IMG/VR virus record: IMGVR_UViG_3300017917_003388
Coordinates: 64,001-128,000 of that record
Direction: 5' to 3' (one strand)
Source: a virus
Length of the DNA: 64,000 nt
Positions 49,310-58,522 of this stretch are shown here, one piece after another (position 1 is the first letter of the stretch; every line of letters starts with the position of its first letter). The position numbers and the translations under genes were made by a program. The notes beneath the pieces are model-generated. The model saw nothing but the letters and a program-made list of their open reading frames with translations, had not been told where the DNA came from and did not search any database.

Positions 49310-50158
49310 TTAATCTATTATATCTGAAACTAAAGCATTTAGGTTAACTCCTTTAGCTTTAAATAATTTTTTTACATCATCTCGTTTGATTAATGTTTTT
49401 AACACTGACATGTCACTGGATGATGATCTTTTATTTTTAGGTAAAGCAGCAATTTTAGCTACTTTAGTTTCTATACCTGTTTTAATACGGTTATATCTAT
49501 CTTCATCTTCAGGAGATAATTCTTTTGCATATCCTTTACCTCCTGTGATTTTAGATGCAGCTTTTTCTGATGATTTAATATCGCTAGTTGATGGATCTTT
49601 TTCATCAGTTTCATCTTTATCATCAGCTGATGTATCCCATTCATCTTTTTCAGCAGCTATATCCCATTCATCTTTTTCAGTATCGTCAGATTTAGATTCA
49701 GGTTCAGATGTTGGAGTAGTATCTTTAATTTTAGTAAATGCAAATGCTCCCACTTTAATAAATTCATTAACAGCAGGATTAATAGCAGGTTGACTAGATT
49801 TACCCACAGCTAAAGCTAAATCTAATTGTGATATTCCATCTTCTCCTGCTTTTTCAACTACATCTAACATGTTTCCTTTCCATGTTCCACCATATAGTTT
49901 TTTTACTAATTCTACCTTAGAAGGATCACCAAGTTTTATTTTATTTGGAGTACGAGCCATTTCTTCTAATTCATTTTTTTCTTCTAAAGATTGAATATTA
50001 TTTTTAGACATTTCTGCTTTTTTTTTCTGCAATGATATTATTTTTTTATCAATAGCATTTTTTTGAGCATCAAATGCTGCTTTATCTGCATTCAAATCTT
50101 CAGATAATTCATTAATTATTTCTTCTTTAATATAATTATATAATTCTTTACGTTTCAT
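49310..50158 (-). CDS. putative packaged winged-helix DNA-binding protein
   Basis: N-terminal tag, LEE-MAR, GISQLDLALAVGKSSQPAINPAVNEF HTH; paralog of 51714. Confidence 0.55.
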   Translation of the reverse strand: MKRKELYNYIKEEIINELSEDLNADKAAFDAQKNAIDKKIISLQKKKAEMSKNNIQSLEEKNELEEMARTPNKIKLGDPSKVELVKKLYGGTWKGNMLDVVEKAGEDGISQLDLALAVGKSSQPAINPAVNEFIKVGAFAFTKIKDTTPTSEPESKSDDTEKDEWDIAAEKDEWDTSADDKDETDEKDPSTSDIKSSEKAASKITGGKGYAKELSPEDEDRYNRIKTGIETKVAKIAALPKNKRSSSSDMSVLKTLIKRDDVKKLFKAKGVNLNALVSDIID

Positions 50159-50183
50159 TAGTAATATTATTTTTATATAAATA

Positions 50184-50717
50184 TTACAAATTTAAGTAAG
50201 ATTTTATTTGTTGTATTCGATCATTATTAGAACCAGATATAATTGCAAAATTTTTTATTTTACATAAATATTTTGAACAAAAATGTTTAATAGATAAATC
50301 TATTACTTCTCTATATTTTTCATCAGTAGTACGTACACTGTTATCTTCTATAGGTACACCTGATGGACTAACGTAAAATATCCAATCATATTCATCAATA
50401 AATGTTGATGCATATTCTTCAAATTTAATTTTATCATGTAAACTAATTGAATTAGCACATGTTGTAAAAGATATAACATCTATTATTGTTCTATCTGTTA
50501 TAATATTATCATGTATTAATTCACTACATCTTTCTGCTAAAAATATAGTTTGTCCTTTTAATGTACTATCAGTATTTAAAGGGATACCTAAATCTCTTAA
50601 ATATTTAGATCTTTCAACACTGAAGTTATAGTTGTTAAATTCTGGTAGTTCTTTTAATGAATTAACAAGTGTAGTTTTACCAACTGATACTGTTCCTGTG
50701 AAGCCAATACGAGCCAT
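50184..50717 (-). CDS. AAA_28/NadR-like P-loop nucleotide kinase
   Basis: GFTGTVSVGKTT, ITDRTIID, EDNSVR. Confidence 0.75.
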   Translation of the reverse strand: MARIGFTGTVSVGKTTLVNSLKELPEFNNYNFSVERSKYLRDLGIPLNTDSTLKGQTIFLAERCSELIHDNIITDRTIIDVISFTTCANSISLHDKIKFEEYASTFIDEYDWIFYVSPSGVPIEDNSVRTTDEKYREVIDLSIKHFCSKYLCKIKNFAIISGSNNDRIQQIKSYLNL

Positions 50718-50723
50718 ATTTAT

Positions 50724-51308
50724 TTATAATTTAGTAAAACATTCGTTTTTTCCTCCGAATTCGATTTGGGGGATATATTTGAATTGCGATAATTCTTCAT
50801 GTATTTGTTTTTCTTGGTAATATCCATCATATAAATTAGTATTAATTAGTTCTATTATTTCTATATTGTAAGGAATCTGTCTAAATCTATTATTAATGGT
50901 AGTTGTAGTAATACCAATTTTATAAAAGCATTCATTATCATTGAATAATTTAATTTTATATAAAATACATTTTTTATTTATATTTTCCAACCTATTTTTC
51001 TCAATATTTTTTATATTATATATCCCAGGAGAGGAATTAGGTGAAAAATATCCAAACATTAATGAGGTAGGTGTTGAAACGTGTTTTTCACCATTTATAA
51101 TAAATTCAATATAATTATTAGTCCCTTTAAATTCTGATGTAAATTGTATATTTTGGTTAGTATATTGGGGTTGATGATATGAGAGATAATTATAAAGATA
51201 TTTGGTTTTATCAATAGCACTTCTTATGTCAAATCCTCCTCCCCTTAATATACTATCAGGAGTAATTTCTACATCTCCATATATAGTAGTTATTTGGATT
51301 TTATTCAT
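50724..51308 (-). CDS. GIY-YIG-like (T5orf172-type) endonuclease, probably N-terminally truncated
   Basis: LYKIK..FYKIGIT...RF...E..IH...FGGKNECF; the frame stays open about 30 codons upstream without a start. Confidence 0.6.
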   Translation of the reverse strand: MNKIQITTIYGDVEITPDSILRGGGFDIRSAIDKTKYLYNYLSYHQPQYTNQNIQFTSEFKGTNNYIEFIINGEKHVSTPTSLMFGYFSPNSSPGIYNIKNIEKNRLENINKKCILYKIKLFNDNECFYKIGITTTTINNRFRQIPYNIEIIELINTNLYDGYYQEKQIHEELSQFKYIPQIEFGGKNECFTKL

Positions 51309-51400
51309 AACTCCATTATATTTTCCGGTAATTTTTAGGATTTTTTTGAATATGATAGGGTTATTAAGTTTTAAAAAATTATATAGATAATTTAAAGGAT

Positions 51401-51634
51401 TTAATGTCTCATTTTACCACTTGATGATTTGTAAAAAGGTAATCCTTCACCTTCTTTTTTACGTTTTTTATAATCATCTTTAGAATATTTAAAACCGTTT
51501 ATGTAATATTCTTCTTTACCATCGGGATATATAACTGCTGGTCCTTCTGTGTTGTGTAATTTATTATCTTTAATATAACGAATAATTCCATCTGTGGATT
51601 TAAAACATTTTACTTCAACTTTTTTATTACTCAT
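51401..51634 (-). CDS. small protein with an LHxxxGPA (MORN-like) repeat
   Basis: KLHNTEGPAVIYPDGKEEYYING. Confidence 0.7.
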   Translation of the reverse strand: MSNKKVEVKCFKSTDGIIRYIKDNKLHNTEGPAVIYPDGKEEYYINGFKYSKDDYKKRKKEGEGLPFYKSSSGKMRH

Positions 51635-51650
51635 ATGGTTTTATTTTTAA

Positions 51651-51688
51651 TAAATATAAAAAAGAAGGCTTGGAAATCCAAGCCTTTT
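51651..51688 (-). terminator. terminator hairpin with embedded CTTG-N20-TATATTTA promoter
   Basis: AAGGCUUGGA-UU-UCCAAGCCUU inverted repeat plus U-run. Confidence 0.7.
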
Positions 51689-51713
51689 TATTTTTTCAAA
51701 AAATTTATATTTT

Positions 51714-52730
51714 TCAATTTAATTGTCGAATTATATTTCTATAAGCAGATTCCATTTTGTTATATAATGGGGTAAAATCTTCATCATTAAGTCCTGTACT
51801 ATCTTGAATATCAAAATCATAAAATCCAGATAATGATGATCCACTAGATGTTGGTGATACCATATTTGCATTTGCATCTATATCATTTACATAATCATAA
51901 AATCCATCTTGAAAATTCACACATATTAATTTAATGATTTCTTTCAATTCATCTGAGGATATTTTTTTCTTATAAAAATCAACCCAAGCTTGTTGGATTT
52001 TAGGATTAGTCATTAAATCTACTTCTCTCGACCATCTAGATAAATTCTCATTTTCCGTTATTAGTTTTTTTTTTAAATCACTTTCGGTAATTAAACCAGC
52101 TCGTTTTTGCATACGAAGAAATGATTCATTAACAACAACAGTTTCAGCAACATCTGAAATATCTTCATCATCATCCATTTCTATATCAGCATTTTTCATA
52201 GCTGACTTCACACCACCTGATAGTGATGATTGACCAGGTTTGCGTCCACGTTTTAATAATCCTTTAGCTCTTAATTTAAGTTTTTGTATAAATTCTGGAC
52301 CTAATATTGAGATTTCTTCTTCACTAGGTTCATAATCTGGATTTTGTTCTAGTTTAGAATTTATATCTAAGGCCAGTTTTGTTTTATCAGATACTGGTCT
52401 ACCTTTAACTCCTGTGGATTGAGGTTTTTCTTGTTTAGGAGTAGATAAATCACCTTTAACAAATATACCAGCATCCATAAAATCGCGAACTTTAGGATTT
52501 ATAGCTTGCATACCTGATTTTCCTAATATTCTAGCTAGTTCAGGTTGAGGAATACCAACATCCCCTGCTTTTTCAACAGCGTCTATCATATCTCCATACC
52601 ATGTTCCCGCATATAATTCTTTAGCAGCTGATGCTTTTTCTGGGTCTCCAAGTTTTATGTTAGTAGAAATACGAGCCATTTCATCAAGTTCGGATTCTAC
52701 CATTTCTCTAATAAGTTGTCTTAATTTCAT
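51714..52730 (-). CDS. putative packaged winged-helix/AT-hook DNA-binding protein
   Basis: MKLRQLIRE tag, LDE-MAR, GIPQPELARILGKSGMQAINPKV HTH, KGRP and KRGRKP, internal RMQKRAGL. Confidence 0.6.
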   Translation of the reverse strand: MKLRQLIREMVESELDEMARISTNIKLGDPEKASAAKELYAGTWYGDMIDAVEKAGDVGIPQPELARILGKSGMQAINPKVRDFMDAGIFVKGDLSTPKQEKPQSTGVKGRPVSDKTKLALDINSKLEQNPDYEPSEEEISILGPEFIQKLKLRAKGLLKRGRKPGQSSLSGGVKSAMKNADIEMDDDEDISDVAETVVVNESFLRMQKRAGLITESDLKKKLITENENLSRWSREVDLMTNPKIQQAWVDFYKKKISSDELKEIIKLICVNFQDGFYDYVNDIDANANMVSPTSSGSSLSGFYDFDIQDSTGLNDEDFTPLYNKMESAYRNIIRQLN

Positions 52731-52777
52731 TGTTTAATAAATTATTTTATTATAAATATATTAAATTATTCGAGGAA

Positions 52778-54097
52778 TTACAGTGTTAGTGTTCTTAAAA
52801 TACTTTCAGCTACATATAGACCTTGGCTTCCAGCTACAGTAATACCGCGAGCACTTAATGCATCACCTACAAAATGTATATTTGGATATTCAATTAATGA
52901 TAGATCATCATAATTTACTAGCGGTTCAGGACTTAAATATTTTACTTCAGGAATATATATACCCCAATCATCTCCGAATTCAAATACTTCATTCATTTGG
53001 TCAATAAAATCTTCAATATAGTTAAAATATTTCCCCATAGCTGATCTTACAGGAAATAAATCTATAATTTGAGTAGCTGATACTTCATTACCTTCAGAAG
53101 TTGTTGATACTTTTCTAGATGGTGAGTAATATAATCCTTTACCGTTTATTTGACACTTTTGAACAACTTCTCTTGACCATTCAAACGGATTTTCAATACC
53201 TTTAATTTCCATTAAAATACCAAAGTTAGTCATATCATTGCGATATTCTTCACCTTTTTTAGCATGACCATTGTAACTAATATCACCATAAGTCTCTTCA
53301 ACAGCCACATAAGCTGCATTATTGTTAGTACAGAATGAACGTAGAGATACGTTGTCAAATTTTTGATACAATTTAAAATCGTATGATACATCAATTAATT
53401 TCTGAAAATATTTTTGTGGTGCTTCAAAACGAACACCTATTTGTACTGATTTAGGTTCGGTTGGTAGTTTATAATCATCTGCTAATTGTTTACCAAAGTC
53501 AATTCCACTTTTACCAACTGCAAATATAATAGTATCTCCAAAGATTGTATTATACCATTCTTTATTATCTTCATTATAAGAATAAGTTAAATAATTAGTT
53601 TCAAAATTTATATTTTTTACTTCTGTTTCCCATAAAAAATTCACACCCTTACTTACAAGATAGTCATACCAACGTTTTCCTATTTCGTGTAAATAATCGG
53701 TACCAATGTGGTATACTGGAAATAAACGAAGACCGAAGTGAGGTTTAATAAAGTCAGGTTCGGATTGGGGATCTGATTTCATAATTTGGGAGGGATCTGG
53801 ATGGAATCTAGTTACCATTTGAATAACTTGGTCCATTAACTCCATTGCTTTTTCTTCACCACAATATTTACTTAATACACCCCCAATTGCTGTGTGGTAT
53901 GTAAGTTTACCATCGCTCCACAGACCACAACCCATAAATCCTGTCATTACTTCTTCAGGTTTACGAACGTATGGATCACTACCTTTATCAATAACCGTAA
54001 TTAATTCTCCAGGGTAACCATTATCTATTAATTTGGTAGCAGCATTGATACCTGCAACACCTGCTCCTACTATTACTATTTTTTTATTATCTTTCAT
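52778..54097 (-). CDS. FAD-dependent oxidoreductase (COG2509-like)
   Basis: IVGAGVAG Rossmann motif, GLWSDGKL, HIGTD, GVRFE, SFCTN, FVGD...RGI. Confidence 0.85.
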   Translation of the reverse strand: MKDNKKIVIVGAGVAGINAATKLIDNGYPGELITVIDKGSDPYVRKPEEVMTGFMGCGLWSDGKLTYHTAIGGVLSKYCGEEKAMELMDQVIQMVTRFHPDPSQIMKSDPQSEPDFIKPHFGLRLFPVYHIGTDYLHEIGKRWYDYLVSKGVNFLWETEVKNINFETNYLTYSYNEDNKEWYNTIFGDTIIFAVGKSGIDFGKQLADDYKLPTEPKSVQIGVRFEAPQKYFQKLIDVSYDFKLYQKFDNVSLRSFCTNNNAAYVAVEETYGDISYNGHAKKGEEYRNDMTNFGILMEIKGIENPFEWSREVVQKCQINGKGLYYSPSRKVSTTSEGNEVSATQIIDLFPVRSAMGKYFNYIEDFIDQMNEVFEFGDDWGIYIPEVKYLSPEPLVNYDDLSLIEYPNIHFVGDALSARGITVAGSQGLYVAESILRTLTL

Positions 54098-54117
54098 TTG
54101 ATTATTTAAATTTATAT

Positions 54118-54336
54118 CTAAAAGTTATTTACTGAATCCTGAAGTATAGTGATAATTTCTTCACGATTAACTAATCCACCTTCACCATCTATTATAATCA
54201 TATCTTCCATACCTTCATCTTTGATATGACGCATTAAATCATAATCAGACATTAAATTAGAATTATTATTTTTGTTTTTTTCTAATTGAGATTCAGATTT
54301 AGGAAATATTTTATCGATTTTTTTATTATTTTTCAT
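54118..54336 (-). CDS. hypothetical protein
   Basis: short ORF overlapping the end of the SLOG gene. Confidence 0.5.
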   Translation of the reverse strand: MKNNKKIDKIFPKSESQLEKNKNNNSNLMSDYDLMRHIKDEGMEDMIIIDGEGGLVNREEIITILQDSVNNF

Positions 54337-54688
54337 TTATATAATTAATTATTTTATATGGTTTATTTAATTGTTCACATAAAGAAAGAGCATGTTGTGT
54401 TCCCTTAGAAATACCATCCCAAAATGCAATAGCACAATCACAATTATTTATTATATCTTTATTTCGAATAATTCCTGCTTTTTTCCCATATTGTTCCCAA
54501 TCTGGAAGAAATATTAGTGTTTTAATGTTATTTTTAAGTGCCCATCTTTCTCCTAAAGAATCAGCACCTTTTGCAGCACCTGATATAACTAAAGATATTT
54601 TAGATTTATATGGTTCTAAAGATTTCTCCAATAAATCATAATTTGTAAAACTTCTACTACCAATTATTGCTAATTTTAATTTACCCAT
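54326..54688 (-). CDS. YspA-like SLOG family protein
   Basis: IIGSRSF, ISGAAKGAD, PDWEQYGKKAGIIRN, AFWDG.SKGT. Confidence 0.88.
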   Translation of the reverse strand: MGKLKLAIIGSRSFTNYDLLEKSLEPYKSKISLVISGAAKGADSLGERWALKNNIKTLIFLPDWEQYGKKAGIIRNKDIINNCDCAIAFWDGISKGTQHALSLCEQLNKPYKIINYINEK

Positions 54689-55146
54689 TTTGGTTTGTTA
54701 TTTAGCTTTTTCCAATTTAATCCTTTAATTTTTACTTTATCATTAATATAAAAGTTTTTATAAGCCTCTATAGTATTTTGTTTCTTAAACTCTTCAGGCA
54801 TACATTGTGGAGGTTCTATAAACTCACTATTAGGCAAATTAGGTTCATTGTCTTTACACCACAATAATATTTGTTTAGTAGCATGTACTTTACCATAACG
54901 TTTTTCAAATTCATTACATATTTCTAATCCATGTTTTACAAGCCATCTGTAATGGTGTATAGATTGTCTAGTCCAAATAGTAGATGGGTGATTTTTGTGA
55001 GCACGTTTATATGGTGCTTCATTTCCTGTTTCCCAATGTGCTGTACAACACATTTGTGCACTTTCAATTTGCATCTTTCTAATATGATTATCTGCTAACT
55101 CACGAGCTGCTATAATCGGATCTTCATTAATATAAAATATATTCAT
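54676..55146 (-). CDS. pyrimidine-dimer DNA glycosylase/DenV-like protein
   Basis: MNIF...DP...A...D.H..KM..E.AQM, HKNHPSTIW, PPQCMP. Confidence 0.75.
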   Translation of the reverse strand: MNIFYINEDPIIAARELADNHIRKMQIESAQMCCTAHWETGNEAPYKRAHKNHPSTIWTRQSIHHYRWLVKHGLEICNEFEKRYGKVHATKQILLWCKDNEPNLPNSEFIEPPQCMPEEFKKQNTIEAYKNFYINDKVKIKGLNWKKLNNKPKWVN

Positions 55147-55169
55147 AGATTTTATTTAGCAATAAAAAT

Positions 55170-55192
55170 AAAAAAGACCTCTATGGAGGCCT
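55170..55192 (-). terminator. intrinsic terminator
   Basis: AGGCCUC-CAUA-GAGGUCU plus U-run. Confidence 0.6.
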
Positions 55193-55217
55193 AATTTTTT
55201 ATTTAAAGATAAAAAGC

Positions 55218-55505
55218 TTATAATCCAGCTAATTTCTGCATACGTGTAAATTCTTCATTTATCTGTTTTTTATTCATAGTTAATAAATTAATAACGTCAT
55301 CATTACTAATTATTCTACCATTTATTTTTTCCAAATTTTTAGTATGTTTGTTAAATACAGATGAATGATGATTTATTTTACAAAATATAGAGTATCCATT
55401 TGGATTAAATCTTTCAAAATAATAAGTATTAGGATCACCTTTGAATTTCAATGTAGCTCCTTTACCTATATTGTATTTGTAAATTGTTTTATTAAACGGA
55501 TGCAT
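55218..55505 (-). CDS. small protein ending in INEEFTRMQKLAGL
   Basis: C-terminal motif shared with the scaffold and with 55515/51714. Confidence 0.6.
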   Translation of the reverse strand: MHPFNKTIYKYNIGKGATLKFKGDPNTYYFERFNPNGYSIFCKINHHSSVFNKHTKNLEKINGRIISNDDVINLLTMNKKQINEEFTRMQKLAGL

Positions 55506-55514
55506 TTATCTAAT

Positions 55515-55958
55515 TTATAATAAACCAGCTCGTTTTTGCATACGAACAAATGATTCATTAATTTGCTCTTTAGTCTTTTTAGTTTCGGTTTCATTTATAT
55601 CTATATCAGAAGCTTCTGGAAGGATTTCATCTATTGTTTCTTGGGTTTCTTCTTTTTTAGATTCTGGTTTTGATGATTTTTTTGATTGCATTTTTTTCAA
55701 TTGCTTATCATATTTATCAGCGCTTTTTTTAAGCAATTTAATTTCAGATTCTAATTCTTTCATTTTTCCTTTATCAAGCATATCATGATATGCTTCATCA
55801 ATCCCTTCCATATTCATTTTTCGTTCACGTAATTCAATAGCTTCTTGAGTTTTAGCTATTTTAGCTTCTAAAGCAGCAATACTTCCTGCTTCATCAATTT
55901 CACGAATATATTCTTGAATTGATTCTTTAATAAGTTGTTTTAATTCAGTTGATTTCAT
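55515..55958 (-). CDS. coiled-coil putative internal head protein with N-terminal tag and RMQKRAGLL tail
   Basis: MKSTELKQLIKESI...INESFVRMQKRAGLL. Confidence 0.65.
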   Translation of the reverse strand: MKSTELKQLIKESIQEYIREIDEAGSIAALEAKIAKTQEAIELRERKMNMEGIDEAYHDMLDKGKMKELESEIKLLKKSADKYDKQLKKMQSKKSSKPESKKEETQETIDEILPEASDIDINETETKKTKEQINESFVRMQKRAGLL

Positions 55959-56218
55959 TCTTCTATTTTTATTTTTAATGTATCTATTCCTTTTATGACT
56001 CTATGCCATATTTTTTCGGATATAAATATGTTAGTTCCCTTTTTAAGTTCAATAGGTAATTCATTATCTTTTTGAAAATACCATCCATTACCTTCTAATA
56101 CAGTTATTTTACGAGATTTAAGATCTCGATGCCACATTAATTCAATAGGATTTACATTTTCATCAAATTCACGAATAATATATCTATCTGTAATTTCTAT
56201 GTCTGTATATGGTTTCAT
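55955..56218 (-). CDS. cupin-fold protein
   Basis: ELMWHRD...ITVLEG...WHRVIKG. Confidence 0.65.
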   Translation of the reverse strand: MKPYTDIEITDRYIIREFDENVNPIELMWHRDLKSRKITVLEGNGWYFQKDNELPIELKKGTNIFISEKIWHRVIKGIDTLKIKIEE

Positions 56219-56774
56219 TTAATGATGATTTTAAAGCATTGACTGTATCAGTATACAATCTTTTATTTTCAGAAGCCCAATTTGGAAAACGATCTTCATA
56301 TTTTTCATAAAAATTTTTGAATTTTTGAAGTTTAATTGGTCCTTCATATTCAAATATTTCATTTTGATCTAGAGTAAAATTGATTTTATCTTTATTTGAT
56401 CTAATTAATTTAGAAAAAATATCCTTATATATAGGATCATCAGACATAGAATTAACAAATTTCAAATAATCTATTAATCCCATTCTTTCTTTTCGTAGAT
56501 CATTCATTACTAAAGTATGCTCTTCTCTATTTAAAGAATTTAAATCTGGAGCAAATGAATAAGGAACATAGTTAAAAAATTTGATTCCTAGTTTTTCTAA
56601 TTCATTATCTTCTTTCAAATTCTTCCAAATATCACCCTGACGACATCTAACAATTTGACCTGATCTATATGCTGATGACTTTTTGTTTTTGCGTCTAGCA
56701 ATACGAAGACAACGATCTGCTTTTTTCTTTTCTTCTAAAAGAATATTTTTTAATAATCCAATTAAACTAATCAT
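56184..56774 (-). CDS. hypothetical protein with a basic Cys-containing N-terminal module
   Basis: LLKNILLE followed by ADRCLRIARRK...SAYRSGQIVRCRQG. Confidence 0.55.
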   Translation of the reverse strand: MISLIGLLKNILLEEKKKADRCLRIARRKNKKSSAYRSGQIVRCRQGDIWKNLKEDNELEKLGIKFFNYVPYSFAPDLNSLNREEHTLVMNDLRKERMGLIDYLKFVNSMSDDPIYKDIFSKLIRSNKDKINFTLDQNEIFEYEGPIKLQKFKNFYEKYEDRFPNWASENKRLYTDTVNALKSSLNETIYRHRNYR

Positions 56775-57148
56775 ATTCCAATATTAATTAATTGGGGGTT
56801 ATCAACTTTGAATTTAATTATACCTTTGATTGAATTAATCGAGTTTACAATTTTATTTAAAGTTTCAATTGTAAATTGTTCTCCATCTTTAATATAAGGA
56901 TAAGGATCAATTTTTACAGTTAATATATCATATTCACGTCCTTTTTTAGGTAAACGAGGAGTATATTCTCTAGTATCTACGGTTGTTATACCTGGGATTG
57001 ACCTTATATCAGATAGAATTTGAGATTGGGTTTTTTTATCAGTATCGGTAATTAAATGTCCTTCCAATTTATATAATTTAGAAGCAGAATCTTCACGTAT
57101 TAAACGTAATTCTTCTTGAATAAGTTGTTTAAGGTCTGAAATTTTCAT
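56771..57148 (-). CDS. hypothetical protein with N-terminal tag
   Basis: MKISDLKQLIQEEL; ILSDIRSIPGITTV. Confidence 0.65.
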   Translation of the reverse strand: MKISDLKQLIQEELRLIREDSASKLYKLEGHLITDTDKKTQSQILSDIRSIPGITTVDTREYTPRLPKKGREYDILTVKIDPYPYIKDGEQFTIETLNKIVNSINSIKGIIKFKVDNPQLINIGI

Positions 57149-57163
57149 ATTACCACATTGCTA

Positions 57164-57793
57164 TTATACATATTGCGCTTTATATTGCTTATTCTTAATA
57201 GTTTGAGCTTTTCCAATAAGTTGACATCTTACTGTTTCTGGATTTATTTGGAGATCAATAGCTAGGTCATAGTAATTAGAATAAGTTTTAATATATTCTC
57301 CAGATATTGTATATAAAGCTACTTGTTTTCCATTTCCCTTATTGGGACTTATCCTACCCTTATGGGCTTCTGAGACTCCTGGTTTTAAGATTCCTTTCCC
57401 TCCTCCTTTAGGATTTGGGATTCCTTTTCTTTCTTTACTCCATTTATGTTTTTGTTCAAATGAATGTTTAGCAACACCTGTTAATTTTTCACTAATTATT
57501 TTTTTGGTTTCTTCTTTATGAAGATTATTTCCTTTAGCATCATTAGTTAAATTATAAAATAATGGATTTGTTGAAGCATGAAAGTATTCTAACCATTGAG
57601 ATTCTATATCACGGGCATCTCCTTCACCTTGCCAAAGTATATCTCTTGTAAAATTGTTTTTACCGTATTTTTTTAGAGCATCTTTTATTACTTTACCACT
57701 ACCATAATAATTTTCGTCAATTTGAGATTTTCGAGAGGAACCAATATACTTTTTTCCATTAATTTTATTGGTTATAATATAAACATATGTCAT
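57164..57793 (-). CDS. Seg-like GIY-YIG homing endonuclease
   Basis: YVYIITNKINGKKYIG...YYGSG...KYGKNNF..FYN; likely start ATG at 57793 after the promoter motif. Confidence 0.88.
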   Translation of the reverse strand: MTYVYIITNKINGKKYIGSSRKSQIDENYYGSGKVIKDALKKYGKNNFTRDILWQGEGDARDIESQWLEYFHASTNPLFYNLTNDAKGNNLHKEETKKIISEKLTGVAKHSFEQKHKWSKERKGIPNPKGGGKGILKPGVSEAHKGRISPNKGNGKQVALYTISGEYIKTYSNYYDLAIDLQINPETVRCQLIGKAQTIKNKQYKAQYV

Positions 57794-57830
57794 ATTTTGT
57801 TTTATTATAAATATTGGTAGGGCCGTCCCT

Positions 57831-58511
57831 TTACCAAAAACCACTATAAGAACTTTTTAATCCTAAAAGTTTGGAAAAGCGAGGAAGTCTACATGACCAA
57901 TATCGCGCACTAGTTTTAGATTCTCCAGTACCACATCTATGTCGTTTAGCAAAAGCTCGCCTAGCTTTAGGATCATTAATTTTTACAGATAAACCAGTTG
58001 TATCTCCAAAACTAACTTTTTTAATTTTTTTAGTTTTTGGATCACGAACATATACATAAAATTTTTTAGAACCACCACGTTTTGGTTTTCCAATTGGTGG
58101 GTTTTTCTTTTTATCTTTAGATTCTTCTAATTCCTCTTCCTCCAACATAGGTAAGTCTAAAGGTACTTTTTTACCTTCATACATTCCATACTCACCTAAA
58201 TTAGTTTCGAATAATATTTCTTTATCTAGATCATTTACATAAATAGCATTACGAGAATATAAATAACGAGCTTCAGCCCATAAATCTAAAAATGCATCTG
58301 AGCCGTATCTAAATGTATTTTCTGTAAGAGCTACTTTGTTATCAATATGATATTTCATATTTTCAGACATTATAATTCTTGATGATATATTTTCATTAAG
58401 AATTGGACCAGGATTTCCTACATTTTCACATGTATTACATCCACAACTACATTTATGTTGTGTAGTTTGTTTTATTAATATTTCTCTTATTATTTTTCTT
58501 ATATTTTCCAT
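57831..58511 (-). CDS. hypothetical protein with a very basic C-terminal domain
   Basis: LEE followed by KPKRGGSKKFYVYV...KVSFGD...AFAKRHRC...ARYWSC. Confidence 0.7.
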   Translation of the reverse strand: MENIRKIIREILIKQTTQHKCSCGCNTCENVGNPGPILNENISSRIIMSENMKYHIDNKVALTENTFRYGSDAFLDLWAEARYLYSRNAIYVNDLDKEILFETNLGEYGMYEGKKVPLDLPMLEEEELEESKDKKKNPPIGKPKRGGSKKFYVYVRDPKTKKIKKVSFGDTTGLSVKINDPKARRAFAKRHRCGTGESKTSARYWSCRLPRFSKLLGLKSSYSGFW

Positions 58512-58522
58512 GAATATAAATA

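Noticed and set aside
57814-57837. Hairpin UUGGUA-AAGGGACGGCCC-UACCAA upstream of the Seg-like HEG as a start-sequestering structure
   Set aside because: It lies wholly upstream of the promoter motif and does not cover the AUG; more likely a terminator or stability stem
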